The translations under genes and the position numbers were made by a program. Positions 16,254 to 26,525 of a stretch of DNA of 64,000 nucleotides are shown piece by piece; position 1 is the first letter of the stretch; every line of letters starts with the position of its first letter. Source of the DNA: Gammaproteobacteria bacterium (GTDB lineage: Bacteria > Pseudomonadota > Gammaproteobacteria > Acidiferrobacterales > SZUA-150); assembly GCA_029880545.1 (NCBI GenBank), contig JAOUOD010000007.1, forward strand, positions 134,354 through 198,353, written 5' to 3'. The notes under the pieces were generated by a model, which was not told the origin of the DNA, did not search any database, and was given only the letters and a program-made list of their open reading frames with translations.

Positions 16254-18576
16254 GATAGACCATCATTTCCTCTGATTCCGGAATGGCAAGCGAAAACCGG
16301 CATTCCCTGTTCTTGCTGTATAACCTGGCCTTGTATGTTCCAGGCGCAAGGTTCTCCATGTAGAACTCGCCACCCTTGCCAAGAATCGTTCGAATTACAG
16401 ACTGGTGAAGCGACAATTCAAGACCCCAGTATTCAGCCGGGGTTCGGCTCGCGCCTGAAAGTACATATGCGTGTCCTGTAAACCCCTGGATACGATTGAT
16501 AAAAAACGGTGCAATACCACCACCCCGGTATGGAACAAATACGTGTTGCTTGAGATTCTTGATGCTGTAATTGACCGGAATATCCCTGTCATTTATGGAA
16601 ATTTCGTTATGGTAGTAGGATATCAGCCCCGGTACGATGGCTTCGCCATCACGATTGGTAACAGCAACCGGCTGATTATTGTGCTTGATTCCAACACCGG
16701 GCAGTTTGCCTACGCGTACAAGGGCGAAGCTGTCGAGGATGGGGCGGCTAAGGTACAGTGATGAGTTGATCAGGGAAATGGCGCCGGCGATTCCGGCTTC
16801 ATGCCGTTTTTGCAGACCATCATCCTGGTAGCGCGCATTATATTCTGCGTGGCTGCCATGGTAGAACAGTTGTGCATTGTATTTATCCAGGCGATCCTGT
16901 TCCTCATCATCCAGGCGGTTGGCGCTGAGCCGGTAACCGATCCCGCTTCCCAGTGGCGTATTTTGATTTAGGTGTATTGCCCTGGCCCGGTTGCCTTCAG
17001 TTGACCCGTACTGCACTGCCCCGGTTTTTCCCGTGCCCAGGGAAAGAGTCAGGCCGGCGAATATTCCCCTTTCTATATCCGTAGACCGGGTTCGGGTGCT
17101 GCGCAGATGAAAAGACAATGATTTCGACAGCTTGCGTGTATAGAACACGGTCGTACGTGTGAAATCCTCGTCAATGTGCCGATCAACCGTGCCGCGGGTA
17201 ATGGCAATAGACCCGAGTGTGTCATTCCTGTAGCCAATCCCGATCAGTTTCTCCATGCGCGAACGGTCCCGGTTTTCATCCAGGCTTAACGTGACGTATT
17301 GCCGTGACATGCCCTTGGCAAACATCCTGAGACTCAGATTGTCATGAAACAGGCTGACACCCAGCGAAGCGGCCTGCCCGGAGCTATCTTCCTTGTCACT
17401 GATTGCCAGAGAGATGTCTGTTTCACCGGAGCTGCCAAGGAGAAACTTTGCATCAATGCCGACATTCACAATATCCCGATCGACTTCTGTTCGAAAGCCC
17501 GAGGTGAAGCGGTCTGAAATACCTGTGCGATGAAACGCAACAATGGCCGGGTCAGTGTATGTGGAATCTTCGTCACCAAAGTGCACACGCTTGTAGCCGA
17601 TATTGTAAGAGTATTCGTGAACCCCGGACTTGAGAAGACTGTAGGATGTATAGAAGGGTTCAGTGATAACGTGTTCACGGCCAAAGACATCACGAATCAC
17701 GATTGTGATTTCACCGGAACCGGCAGAGTTGGGTGGATTGACGAACTCAAATTCACCGGGAAGCAAATGCTCCCGTTTCATAAGCAACCCGTTTATATAC
17801 AGCTCGACTTCTGATGGCATTTTCAGGATTCCGGAAATACCCAGTTCCGGAGACTTGACGAAGTAAGGGTCAATTGAAAAATGTTTTGAAATACTCAGGC
17901 CACCGTACAAACCGCCGCCACCCAGTGCCCCTGAGTACGCACTGAAATCACCGAGAATAATTCGCCGCAGTTTGCCCGGGTTATCACGGGTAGCGTGGGT
18001 CATCAGTCTTATGGACTGGGTATCGTGTTCATTTTTCGCATGAAGGAATCCTGAATACAGAAATACGTTATCGAGATGTATGCCGATCTCCCAGGGCAGG
18101 GATGTGGCGGGCGCCATTCCTTCCTGCCCCAGGCTCTGAAAGCTGTAATTCAGAAACGCGCTGTTGTCATGTGTCTCGACAGGATTCAATTGCCTGGTAT
18201 GGGTGAGATTGATGGTCTGTTTTTTGAATAGACCGGGTTTCGCCGATAAAATCAGGATTGCCTGCTTATTATCGATTGAGTATGTCAGCTCTGGATGCAG
18301 CGAATCAAGAGCAACCAGGCCCTGCCGGTTTTCCTGTAACCCGGGCGGCAGGTTTTCTATACCAATCTGGCCAAACAGGTCCCGGGAAAAGGAAACCTTG
18401 CCCTTGTCACTGATGTCAAAAAAGTGTTCTCCCTTGTCGGTGGAGTTTAGCTGAATTTTCATCACCACGGTGTCCGCCAAAACAGGAACAGCAGGAAGCA
18501 TGGTCATCAAAAGCACATATGCAATGTTCGCCCACAGCTGAACAGTTATCCTGTGTATGGCTGTGTGGGGATACAT
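16225..18576 (-). CDS. fimbrial outer-membrane usher (CsuD-like)
   Basis: 783 aa. Its size, beta-rich composition and position between the chaperone and SCPU genes fit an usher. The exact start is uncertain. Confidence 0.8.
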   Translation of the reverse strand: MYPHTAIHRITVQLWANIAYVLLMTMLPAVPVLADTVVMKIQLNSTDKGEHFFDISDKGKVSFSRDLFGQIGIENLPPGLQENRQGLVALDSLHPELTYSIDNKQAILILSAKPGLFKKQTINLTHTRQLNPVETHDNSAFLNYSFQSLGQEGMAPATSLPWEIGIHLDNVFLYSGFLHAKNEHDTQSIRLMTHATRDNPGKLRRIILGDFSAYSGALGGGGLYGGLSISKHFSIDPYFVKSPELGISGILKMPSEVELYINGLLMKREHLLPGEFEFVNPPNSAGSGEITIVIRDVFGREHVITEPFYTSYSLLKSGVHEYSYNIGYKRVHFGDEDSTYTDPAIVAFHRTGISDRFTSGFRTEVDRDIVNVGIDAKFLLGSSGETDISLAISDKEDSSGQAASLGVSLFHDNLSLRMFAKGMSRQYVTLSLDENRDRSRMEKLIGIGYRNDTLGSIAITRGTVDRHIDEDFTRTTVFYTRKLSKSLSFHLRSTRTRSTDIERGIFAGLTLSLGTGKTGAVQYGSTEGNRARAIHLNQNTPLGSGIGYRLSANRLDDEEQDRLDKYNAQLFYHGSHAEYNARYQDDGLQKRHEAGIAGAISLINSSLYLSRPILDSFALVRVGKLPGVGIKHNNQPVAVTNRDGEAIVPGLISYYHNEISINDRDIPVNYSIKNLKQHVFVPYRGGGIAPFFINRIQGFTGHAYVLSGASRTPAEYWGLELSLHQSVIRTILGKGGEFYMENLAPGTYKARLYSKNRECRFSLAIPESEEMMVYLDEVYCEAQ

Positions 18577-18609
18577 GTCAGGAGACTCGCCGGCAATGTT
18601 ATGTTCGCA

Positions 18610-19515
18610 TCACCCTCCCGGTGTACTGGCGGTGGCCGGGTCGTGCTGCGGATCGACAGGAGCCGGGCTGATCGAAGGGGGTTTGGGCTTGACGGGGTGC
18701 GCCGGGATGGTCAAGTGTCCTCCTGGCGAGGCGATTGATGGTTTAATGGTCTTCCGTGCCGGCCAGCGACATTGTTCCGTACCGGGCATATTGACGCTAG
18801 CTTCAAGTTTTTGATCACCAGCTTCAACAGATGTCTTGATTAGCTTGCTCTTGCCGCATTGCTGTTCAGGCACCATGACGGCAAAGCTTCGGGTCTTGCC
18901 GGGCAGAACATACCAGCCTCGACCAACTGTCTCAAACATGCTCGATTGGCTGGCGTCCATGCCAGTCAGACGGATGTCACCTACTATAAAATGTGCAGTA
19001 CCGGTGTTTTGGACTGAAACCCTGACTGCGCCATCGGAAAGTGTGGTGCTGACCAGTGATGCCTCAGGCGCAGCGCCCCTTGCTTTTATGAAAACCGGGA
19101 CACCTATCTGCAGCGCCAGGATTAGTCTTGCTCCTTTTTCCGGGGCATCGTTTACCGGCAGTTCCGTCAGAAACAGGCGATATGAAGTTTCGACTTCCTG
19201 GTCCCTTTGTCCCTGGAATCCTACCCGTATTACCTGTTCTGAATGCTCTGCGATTGTAACGATCCTGGGAAAGAACAGGATGTCGCGGGTGTCCTCGTAA
19301 ATATCCTCCCCGGTCTTGTCCTGCAACCATTTTCTGGCGTTAACCTGTATTGTCACTGGACGATCTTCATTGTTGATTATTGTCAATATCGATGTTCGGG
19401 CATCGTTATCAAAAAACAGTCGTAGTGGCAGTACGCGGAAGGAGCCGGAGTGGACAGGAACGGAGATTGTCAATCCGATAAGGACTGTAGCGGCTATCAG
19501 GAGTGTTTTTTGCAT
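18610..19515 (-). CDS. periplasmic pilus chaperone (PapD/CsuC-like) with Pro-rich C-terminal tail
   Basis: 301 aa with a signal peptide. The chaperone hallmarks are RVLPLRLFF, RLFLTELP and LALQIGVPVFIK. The last ~60 aa are Pro-rich (PAHPVKPKPPSISPAPVDPQHDP). Confidence 0.8.
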   Translation of the reverse strand: MQKTLLIAATVLIGLTISVPVHSGSFRVLPLRLFFDNDARTSILTIINNEDRPVTIQVNARKWLQDKTGEDIYEDTRDILFFPRIVTIAEHSEQVIRVGFQGQRDQEVETSYRLFLTELPVNDAPEKGARLILALQIGVPVFIKARGAAPEASLVSTTLSDGAVRVSVQNTGTAHFIVGDIRLTGMDASQSSMFETVGRGWYVLPGKTRSFAVMVPEQQCGKSKLIKTSVEAGDQKLEASVNMPGTEQCRWPARKTIKPSIASPGGHLTIPAHPVKPKPPSISPAPVDPQHDPATASTPGG

Positions 19516-19601
19516 GGCTGCCCCCGTTATTATTCATTGTTCATGACTGCAGCCTGTGCAGAGTCTCTCTGCACAGGCCCTGGGTTACAGATTGTCAATG
19601 G

Positions 19602-20111
19602 CTAGTAGTGAACAGAAACCGTTACAGTGTCCTGATAGAAACCGGGAACCTGCATTGGCAGGAAGCTGTAGTTACTGTAGCCATAGACGATGCGAAGTTC
19701 ATCCACTCCTGTGCCAACACCGGCAATACTCGTACCTTTCGTGGTGGCTGCAAAATCCTGGTCACCCCAGAAGTCATTCCAGGTGCCGATCTTGTGCAGA
19801 CCGTAGATGATCAGATTGCCCAGGCCGTCGCCCATGCGGCGCTCCAGGGCATTGCTCACGTTCAACCCTCCATCCATGGCAATGTTGTAGGCAACCGTGG
19901 GTGAACAGGTCACTCTTATTGAGCCTTCAGCGGTGTTGACGGAATTGGTATGGATTCCGAAATCGACCGGGGTAGTGGATACAAGGCACAATGGCTCGAC
20001 CGTGGCACTAACATCAAGTGAGCCGGTGGCCGTTCCGGCTTGTGCCGGTCCGATCAGCGCCACGCCTGTCAAGGCGACGGCGCCGGTAAACAGATGTTTG
20101 GTTAATTTCAT
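19602..20111 (-). CDS. SCPU domain major pilin (CsuA/B-like)
   Basis: 169 aa. The signal peptide is ...LIGPAQA. GSLDVSATVEPLC and the terminal ...YQDTVTVSVHY are typical of the SCPU family. It is the first gene of the cluster. Confidence 0.8.
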   Translation of the reverse strand: MKLTKHLFTGAVALTGVALIGPAQAGTATGSLDVSATVEPLCLVSTTPVDFGIHTNSVNTAEGSIRVTCSPTVAYNIAMDGGLNVSNALERRMGDGLGNLIIYGLHKIGTWNDFWGDQDFAATTKGTSIAGVGTGVDELRIVYGYSNYSFLPMQVPGFYQDTVTVSVHY

Positions 20112-20327
20112 GTTGATCTCCTTGTCAAATAGGCATTGAGCATCCGGGTAGTCCCCCGCCTGGCGACAGCTGTCCTGAATTGATTCGTCGGAGGATGCGG
20201 TAATGCTACATGACCGGGAGTTACAGATTGGTTACCGATATCGGTGCGCGTTATTGTGATTCAGCGAATGAATAACAATCATCCAGGGGCAATAATCCGG
20301 TTATTCCTGGTAACGAATACGCTGTTT

Positions 20328-21365
20328 TCATGAAATACGATTAAATGATTTCTGTTTCGTGCCGGTGTTTCTGCATCGGAAGCAGAATTCATCCGCTTTT
20401 CCGGTATCGCCCCTGCGGAAACTGTCATAGAGTGCTCGCAGCTCCCGGGAAGGCGAAACTCCCAGGACCGTGAAAAGCGTTTCACGACAACGATGAAATA
20501 CTGCCAGCGCTTTTGCCCTGTCCCCGTTTCCCGCGTAACATAACATGAGTCCACGATACAACGATTCCGCCAGCCCGTCTGTTTCAAGTGCCGTCTCATA
20601 CGTGATGATCGATTGCTCGCAATTTCCCGTGTATCGATAGTAACGACCGAGAGCGTGCAATGCCCTGATATACTTGCTCCTGAGTCTTTCCCGCATCAAC
20701 AGGTCCCATGCCTGCGGTTCCTCAACCCCGAGGAACGGGCCTTTGTATAACTTGATGGCGCGTTCGAGCCTGTTAGCGACGTTCCAGTCGGAATGTTCTG
20801 TATTGAGGTTGATTGTATCTCCAATCAGGCGCTCAAATTGCCAACTGTCAATCCAGCAGAATTCCGGGCTCAGCGACAGTTTTGCATCACGGTGTTCAAG
20901 TGCGTTGATCTTGCGGAGCAGTTTCCTGAGCCGATGTAATGTTGTCGCGAGCGCCCTGTGCGCTGCGTCTCCGTCATGACCCGGCCACAGGGCATCCGAA
21001 AGGTGGGCTTCGCCCACTTCCCGGCCACCAAAAGCGACAAGTGCTTTCAACAGTTCCAGGGGTTTTTTCTTGGACTTGGTTGTGAAGTGAACCGGTTGAT
21101 TGTTCAGAACAAGAGAAAATCGTCCCAGGGTATAGATTCGAACATCAAATCCCGAGCCACTGTCAACATTCTTCGGGGGATCGTAATCATGAGTCAGTAC
21201 CGGTGCGAGCTTGCGATTACCGGTCAGCGGGAGACCCAAAATGACGATTTCATCGCCCGGGATGTACCTGGATTCCGGTGAGCCGTTTTTGCAGTGCTTG
21301 CGTTTTAGGGATCGTGTGGCCGAATGTCCCGGTCGGTGAGTATAATGCAAATGCGATTCAGTCAT
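20328..21365 (-). CDS. transcriptional regulator with winged-helix (OmpR/PhoB-type) DNA-binding domain and BTAD (SARP-like)
   Basis: 345 aa. RIYTLGRFSLVLNNQPV...KKPLELLKALVAFGG...HRALATTLHRLRKLL is the winged-helix part. LYKGPFLGVEEPQAWDLLMRERLRSKY is the BTAD part. The N-terminal ~75 aa are unassigned. Confidence 0.75.
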   Translation of the reverse strand: MTESHLHYTHRPGHSATRSLKRKHCKNGSPESRYIPGDEIVILGLPLTGNRKLAPVLTHDYDPPKNVDSGSGFDVRIYTLGRFSLVLNNQPVHFTTKSKKKPLELLKALVAFGGREVGEAHLSDALWPGHDGDAAHRALATTLHRLRKLLRKINALEHRDAKLSLSPEFCWIDSWQFERLIGDTINLNTEHSDWNVANRLERAIKLYKGPFLGVEEPQAWDLLMRERLRSKYIRALHALGRYYRYTGNCEQSIITYETALETDGLAESLYRGLMLCYAGNGDRAKALAVFHRCRETLFTVLGVSPSRELRALYDSFRRGDTGKADEFCFRCRNTGTKQKSFNRIS

Positions 21366-21629
21366 GCTGGTTGGCCCGTCTTGATTCCGGTTATTAAGGA
21401 CATCGTCGCGCCAATGTGTCGTTTTGGGGAATTCCTCGGCTTCCTGCTCAGGTAATTGCCGGGTACGCCGGTCAATACAGGTTATTATGGTACTTGTGGC
21501 AATGTGCGAGAAACGGTGTACTTAATTAACATGACGAGAGTGCATGTGCTTTGACCCTAGTCAAGGAATACACGGCGACGAGGTCGGTTTATTGTTGGTC
21601 GTGATGTTGCGGGCAAGTGGAGACGGCTT

Positions 21630-22133
21630 ATGAATAAACCGGTTGTTGCAACGCGCGCACCAGCTATCGGTGTCAGAATCCTGCAGCTATGGCAGCGGTT
21701 GTCGCCGCTACCAGGCGGTCGCTGGATGTTCAGTCGCCTGCTTGGCTGGATGGCTCCCTATACCGGAACCATAAACGCCCGTGTCCAGGATCTTGGCCCC
21801 GGGCACGCACGCGTTTCAATTGCGGACCGGCGCAAGCTACGGAACCACCTAAACAGTATTCATGCCATCGCGCTGATGAACGTTGGTGAAGTGACCACAG
21901 GGCTGGCGCTGATGGCCGGGTTGCCGGCCAATGTGCGTGCCATTATTACGGGATTATCAATGGATTATTTCAAAAAAGCGCGTGGCCCGCTGGTGGCCGA
22001 GGCGATCACGCGGCAACCTCCCGTTAACGACGAAATCGAACACGAAGTGATAGCCGATATACGTGATCAGTCGGGAGATGTCGTGGCGCGCTGCACCGCC
22101 CGGTGGCGATTGGGATTGATACCTGATGAATAA
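21630..22133 (+). CDS. hotdog-fold protein (DUF4442/PaaI-like thioesterase)
   Basis: 167 aa. NHLNSIHAIALMNVGEVTTGLAL resembles the hotdog central helix region. The gene overlaps the next gene by 8 nt. Confidence 0.6.
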   Translation: MNKPVVATRAPAIGVRILQLWQRLSPLPGGRWMFSRLLGWMAPYTGTINARVQDLGPGHARVSIADRRKLRNHLNSIHAIALMNVGEVTTGLALMAGLPANVRAIITGLSMDYFKKARGPLVAEAITRQPPVNDEIEHEVIADIRDQSGDVVARCTARWRLGLIPDE

Positions 22134-23109
22134 TAATGATCGTCAGACAGCGCTCACGCGTCATGCCGGGGTGCAGCTGCCGCTGATTTGTGGCCCCATG
22201 TATCCGTGCAGCAACCCGGAACTGGTTGCCGCAGTTTCCGAGGCCGGTGCGCTGGGTATTGTTCAGCCCATTTCATTGACCTTTGTTCATGGTTACGGGT
22301 TTCGTGATGGTTTGCGTTATATCCGGCGACTCACCGATAAGCCTGTCGGCATGAATGCATTGATCGAGAAAACATCAAAACGTTACCATGAGCGAATGCT
22401 GCAATGGGTGGATATTGCCCTGGAAGAGGGTGTGCGGTTTTTTATCACGTCTTTGGGCAAGCCGGACTGGGTAGTAGAGCGGGTACATGCAGTTGGCGGC
22501 ATCGTCTACCATGATGTAACTGAGCGCAAATGGGCTTTGAAAGGCTTGGACGGCGGCGCTGATGGATTGATTGCTGTCAACAGCCGTGCCGGAGGTCACG
22601 CTGGCGCCAGGTCAGCGGCGCAACTTTATGATGAGCTTGGCGACCTCGGGTTGCCACTGGTTTGCGCCGGTGGTATCGGTAACGAAACAGACTTTGCAGA
22701 GGCAGTGAGCCTGGGTTATGCCGGTGTGCAAATGGGGACGAGATTTATTGCCACTGTTGAATGCACGGCATCGGAAGTCTACAAGCAAGCCATAGTCCGG
22801 GCGACTGAAAACGATATTGTCCTGAGTGAGCGCGTTACCGGTGTACCTGTGGCAGTCATCAATACGCCCTTTATTAAAAAGACCGGCCTCAAGACCGGGC
22901 GACTGGCGGCGTGGCTGTTGCAAGGCAAGCGGACACGTTACCTGGTGCGCGCTGTGTATGCATTGAGATCATTGTATCGACTCAAGCATGCCTCCCTGGA
23001 CAAGCAAGGCAGCGTGGAATACTGGCAGGCCGGTAAAAGTGCCGGCCATGTGCAGACTGTTGAACCAGTTGCCCGTATTATTCAGCGCTTTGCCGCGTCA
23101 TGGAAATGA
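22126..23109 (+). CDS. nitronate monooxygenase / FabK-like FMN oxidoreductase
   Basis: 327 aa. Motifs are PLICGPMYPCSNPELVAAVSEAGALGI, AGGHAG and VCAGGIG. Confidence 0.8.
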   Translation: MNNNDRQTALTRHAGVQLPLICGPMYPCSNPELVAAVSEAGALGIVQPISLTFVHGYGFRDGLRYIRRLTDKPVGMNALIEKTSKRYHERMLQWVDIALEEGVRFFITSLGKPDWVVERVHAVGGIVYHDVTERKWALKGLDGGADGLIAVNSRAGGHAGARSAAQLYDELGDLGLPLVCAGGIGNETDFAEAVSLGYAGVQMGTRFIATVECTASEVYKQAIVRATENDIVLSERVTGVPVAVINTPFIKKTGLKTGRLAAWLLQGKRTRYLVRAVYALRSLYRLKHASLDKQGSVEYWQAGKSAGHVQTVEPVARIIQRFAASWK

Positions 23110-23223
23110 CTGAAACCGGGAAAACTGATTGCCGGGCGCCACCGTATTTGATTTAGTGGGCGCTGCACCGACAGCCAGCTGCCGGGCAAAGACAATCAAT
23201 AACAACATGGGACGGGGAGTAAC

Positions 23224-23490
23224 ATGAAAAACTATATTATGGCATCACTGTTGCATGCCAGCGGTGTCCTGGCGAGCGCGCTGGTTCTGCTCGGAGGCGG
23301 GATGGTTATCACCTACGAATCCGTTGCGGACCTGGCGCTGGGTATTGCCATACTGAGCGCGGGCTTTCCCATGTGGATTTCGGTAGTGGCCAATGCCAGG
23401 CGTTACCGGGTGTCCGAATGGTACAGCGCGCTGTCCCTGGCGGTGATGTTATTTGCCGCAACCATGACTGGCTGGTACTTTTATTCATAG
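23224..23490 (+). CDS. hypothetical small membrane protein
   Basis: 88 aa with three hydrophobic segments. GGAG lies before the ATG. Confidence 0.55.
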   Translation: MKNYIMASLLHASGVLASALVLLGGGMVITYESVADLALGIAILSAGFPMWISVVANARRYRVSEWYSALSLAVMLFAATMTGWYFYS

Positions 23491-23669
23491 CCGGGACGGC
23501 CTGTCTCAAGGAGTATTTTGGCAATAAAATATAGTATAAAACAATGAGTTAACTATTATTGATGACGAAGTGCCGGTTTTAAGCAAAAGAATAATTCCGT
23601 AAATATTGAAAATGAGAATCATTCTCAATAGACTCCGCTCCTCGATTCACTCGATCAGGATCTATAAGA

Positions 23670-24797
23670 ATGTTTTTCCGTGTTGTTCCGATGCTGTCCT
23701 TGGCAGTAACGATTTTTACTCCATTGTTCACGGCACAGGCTGCCGATCTGACACCGATCCAGGCGCTCGGCAAACAACTGTTTTTTGATGCGCGACTGTC
23801 ATCGCCGGCAGGGCAATCATGTGCTCACTGCCATTCGCCGCAGCATGGTTTCAGCGATCCCCGCTCAGATCGGTTGCCGGTATCTGAAGGCGTGCGCCCG
23901 GGACGATTTACGCCGCGCAACGCACCGACTGTGACTTACCTCGCGCGGGCGCCGGAGTTTCACTTCGACAAGAAACAAGCGCTGCATCGGGGCGGGTTCT
24001 TTATGGATGGCCGAGCCGCCACGCTGGAGCAGCAGGTGCTGGGTCCCGTGATGAGCCCGGTCGAAATGGCCAATACCGGCAAGGCCGATATCGTCAATCG
24101 ACTCAACAATTCCGGTTATACCAGTCAATTTCGCCACGTATTTGGCACGGAGGTATTGAGCCAGGAGCAAAGCGGAATTGATGCCCTGGCCCTGGCGTTG
24201 GCGGCATATGTTCGCAGTACCGAGCTAAACAGTTTCAGTTCAAAATATGATGCCTATCTCGCCGGCCAGGTCAGGCTGACCCAGCAGGAGCTTCGCGGGC
24301 TGAGATTGTTTGAGGATGAAAAGAAGGGTAATTGCGCCGCTTGTCATCCGAGCCGGCCGGACAATGGCGCGGCACCGCTGTTCACGGATTTCAGTTACGA
24401 CAATCTTGGTGTGCCGGCCAACCCTGCGAGCCCGTTCTATACCCAGGATCCGCAGTTTAATGCCGATGGTAAACGCTATATTGATACCGGGCTGGGCAAG
24501 ATCCTCAACGATGCTACCGGCAATGGCAAATTCAAGGTGCCAACGTTGCGAAATATTGCCCTGACTGCACCCTACATGCATAACGGTGTGTTCGGTTCCT
24601 TGCGCGAAGTAGTGGAGTTTTATAATGCACGCGATGTCAGTAGCAAATGGGCCGCAGCGGAAGTCAGGCGGAACATAAACAAGGATGAGCTGGGTGACCT
24701 GGGGCTGACCGACCAGGAGATAGATGACATTGTTGCGTTCATGAAAACACTGACTGACGGCTACAGCGCCGTTTCCCCTGTGAAATGTTGCGAGTAA
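23670..24797 (+). CDS. di-haem cytochrome c peroxidase (CCP/MauG family)
   Basis: 375 aa with a signal peptide. Motifs are LFFDARLSSPAGQSCAHCH, RNAPTVTY, GNCAACH, KVPTLRNI and YMHNGV. Confidence 0.9.
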   Translation: MFFRVVPMLSLAVTIFTPLFTAQAADLTPIQALGKQLFFDARLSSPAGQSCAHCHSPQHGFSDPRSDRLPVSEGVRPGRFTPRNAPTVTYLARAPEFHFDKKQALHRGGFFMDGRAATLEQQVLGPVMSPVEMANTGKADIVNRLNNSGYTSQFRHVFGTEVLSQEQSGIDALALALAAYVRSTELNSFSSKYDAYLAGQVRLTQQELRGLRLFEDEKKGNCAACHPSRPDNGAAPLFTDFSYDNLGVPANPASPFYTQDPQFNADGKRYIDTGLGKILNDATGNGKFKVPTLRNIALTAPYMHNGVFGSLREVVEFYNARDVSSKWAAAEVRRNINKDELGDLGLTDQEIDDIVAFMKTLTDGYSAVSPVKCCE

Positions 24798-25109
24798 GTG
24801 TTTATCAGCTTGTCTCGTGCCAGCCTGTCAGCGGAATTTCCCCTGATCAATAGGCGACAACATCTGCCACAGATGAGGGTCTCCAGGCCTGGACATCACC
24901 GAGCCCGGTATTACCGGAACGATTCCGGGTCAGACATGAAAGCTGTCGGCAAAAAACTGTGTCAATAATCATGGGTGCCGGTTATTGTCATCGCTGAAGA
25001 AAACCAGGCTGGGACCAACAGGCTTTAAAATACATGGCCATGAAAGGCTGGTTCCGGTTTCTGATATTTTGCACCAAATCGAACTATTGATCCGTATCCG
25101 GGAGTCAGT

Positions 25110-25889
25110 ATGGTGAGGTTTGTGATTGTGTTGGTGATACTGGTATTGATTGTATATATAGGCATATGCCTGTTGTTGTATTTCAATCAGCGTACCCTGA
25201 TGTATTACCCGGTAACCGGAAACCGGCCGGGAGTCGCTCAAACAATTCGACTGGAATTGCCGGCGGCCAGTCTGAACGTATGGGTGTTGAACCCCGGTCA
25301 CGTAGATGCCATTCTGTATTTTGGCGGCAACGCGGAATTCACCGGGCTGAACGGCCCGGAATTTACGCGCCTCTTTCCCGATCATACGGTTTACCTGACG
25401 GATTACCGGGGTTACGGTCAGAGCACCGGTCATCCGACGGAACGGCATTTATACGCAGATGCCCTGGCCTGGTATGACCGGGTAGCCGGGCAGCACAGGT
25501 CAGTTGCGGTTATTGGTCGGAGCCTGGGCGCATCAGTCGGCGCATGGTTGTCGGCTAACAGGCCGGTCTCGCGCCTGGTTTTGGTGACACCGTTTTCCAG
25601 TGTGGTATGTGTTGCCCGGCGTCATTACCCGCTGTTGCCGGTGCGATGGTTATTGCGGGATCGCTATGACTCCGCTTCGATTGCCAGCCGGATATTGGTA
25701 CCGGTGTTGCTGGTTATGGCAGGACATGATGAGGTAGTGCCGCGGCAATGCAGCCTGGCGCTATTGAGACAGCTGGATGCGCCTCGTGTTCAGTCGGCCA
25801 CTCTCGATCAGGCCGGCCACAACGATCTTTCAGATTATGCCGAATATGCTAATCTGTTGAGGAATTTTCTAAATGTCAGTGTTTTGTAA
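25110..25889 (+). CDS. alpha/beta hydrolase with N-terminal TM anchor
   Basis: 259 aa. Motifs are GGNAE, the nucleophile elbow GRSLGA, and AGHDEVV...AGHND. Confidence 0.8.
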   Translation: MVRFVIVLVILVLIVYIGICLLLYFNQRTLMYYPVTGNRPGVAQTIRLELPAASLNVWVLNPGHVDAILYFGGNAEFTGLNGPEFTRLFPDHTVYLTDYRGYGQSTGHPTERHLYADALAWYDRVAGQHRSVAVIGRSLGASVGAWLSANRPVSRLVLVTPFSSVVCVARRHYPLLPVRWLLRDRYDSASIASRILVPVLLVMAGHDEVVPRQCSLALLRQLDAPRVQSATLDQAGHNDLSDYAEYANLLRNFLNVSVL

Positions 25890-25936
25890 GGGGTAGTGCA
25901 GGACATTGACGCCACGTTGTCATGCGAAGGCGCAGC

Positions 25937-26434
25937 ATGGAGATAATGATAAGAAGAGTGCGCAAAGAGGATGCGGACGAGATTTGCGACGTTATTGAAT
26001 CGGTGGCGCTGGAGAAGGTTTTTCTTGCCACCCTGGATCGGCCGTCACTGGAATCCACGCAATCATTTATTCAGGATAACCTGGAAAAGGGTTATCCGCA
26101 TCTTGTTGCCGAACACAACAACAGGATTATCGCTTGGGGTGATATTACTTGCCCGTTTACCCGACCGCCTTATATGCACATAGGCCGCCTCGGCATGGGC
26201 GTGCTCAAGGAATACCGCGGCCAGGGAGTTGGCAATCGCCTGCTGACTCACCTGGTAGAGGCGGCCTGGGCGTATGGATTCAGACGCCTGGACCTGGAGG
26301 TGTTTGCCGGAAACGAGGCGGCGATCAATCTGTACCTGAAACATGGTTACGAGGTTGAAGGGCGCAAGAAATACCTGAGGTACCTCGATGGTGAGTTTGA
26401 GGATACCCTGGTGATGGCCCAGTATCGAATCTGA
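25937..26434 (+). CDS. GNAT family N-acetyltransferase
   Basis: Track ORF 25922..26434. The likely start is the ATG at 25937 or 25946. The motif is YRGQGVGNRLLTHLVEAA...NEAAINLYLKHGY. Confidence 0.85.
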   Translation: MEIMIRRVRKEDADEICDVIESVALEKVFLATLDRPSLESTQSFIQDNLEKGYPHLVAEHNNRIIAWGDITCPFTRPPYMHIGRLGMGVLKEYRGQGVGNRLLTHLVEAAWAYGFRRLDLEVFAGNEAAINLYLKHGYEVEGRKKYLRYLDGEFEDTLVMAQYRI

Positions 26435-26467
26435 CGGGTCGGCCGGGACGGGTCGGTTCGGGGCGCA

Positions 26468-26497
26468 ACAAAAAAGCCCCTCCATGGGGAGGGGCCG
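26468..26497 (-). terminator. rho-independent terminator of the small minus-strand gene
   Basis: GCCCCTCC-ATGG-GGAGGGGC lies at 26476-26495. On the minus strand the stem is followed by TTTTTT (A-run at 26470-26475 on the plus strand). Confidence 0.75.
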
Positions 26498-26525
26498 GAA
26501 TAGTGAAGCTCCGAGGAGCAGCGAC

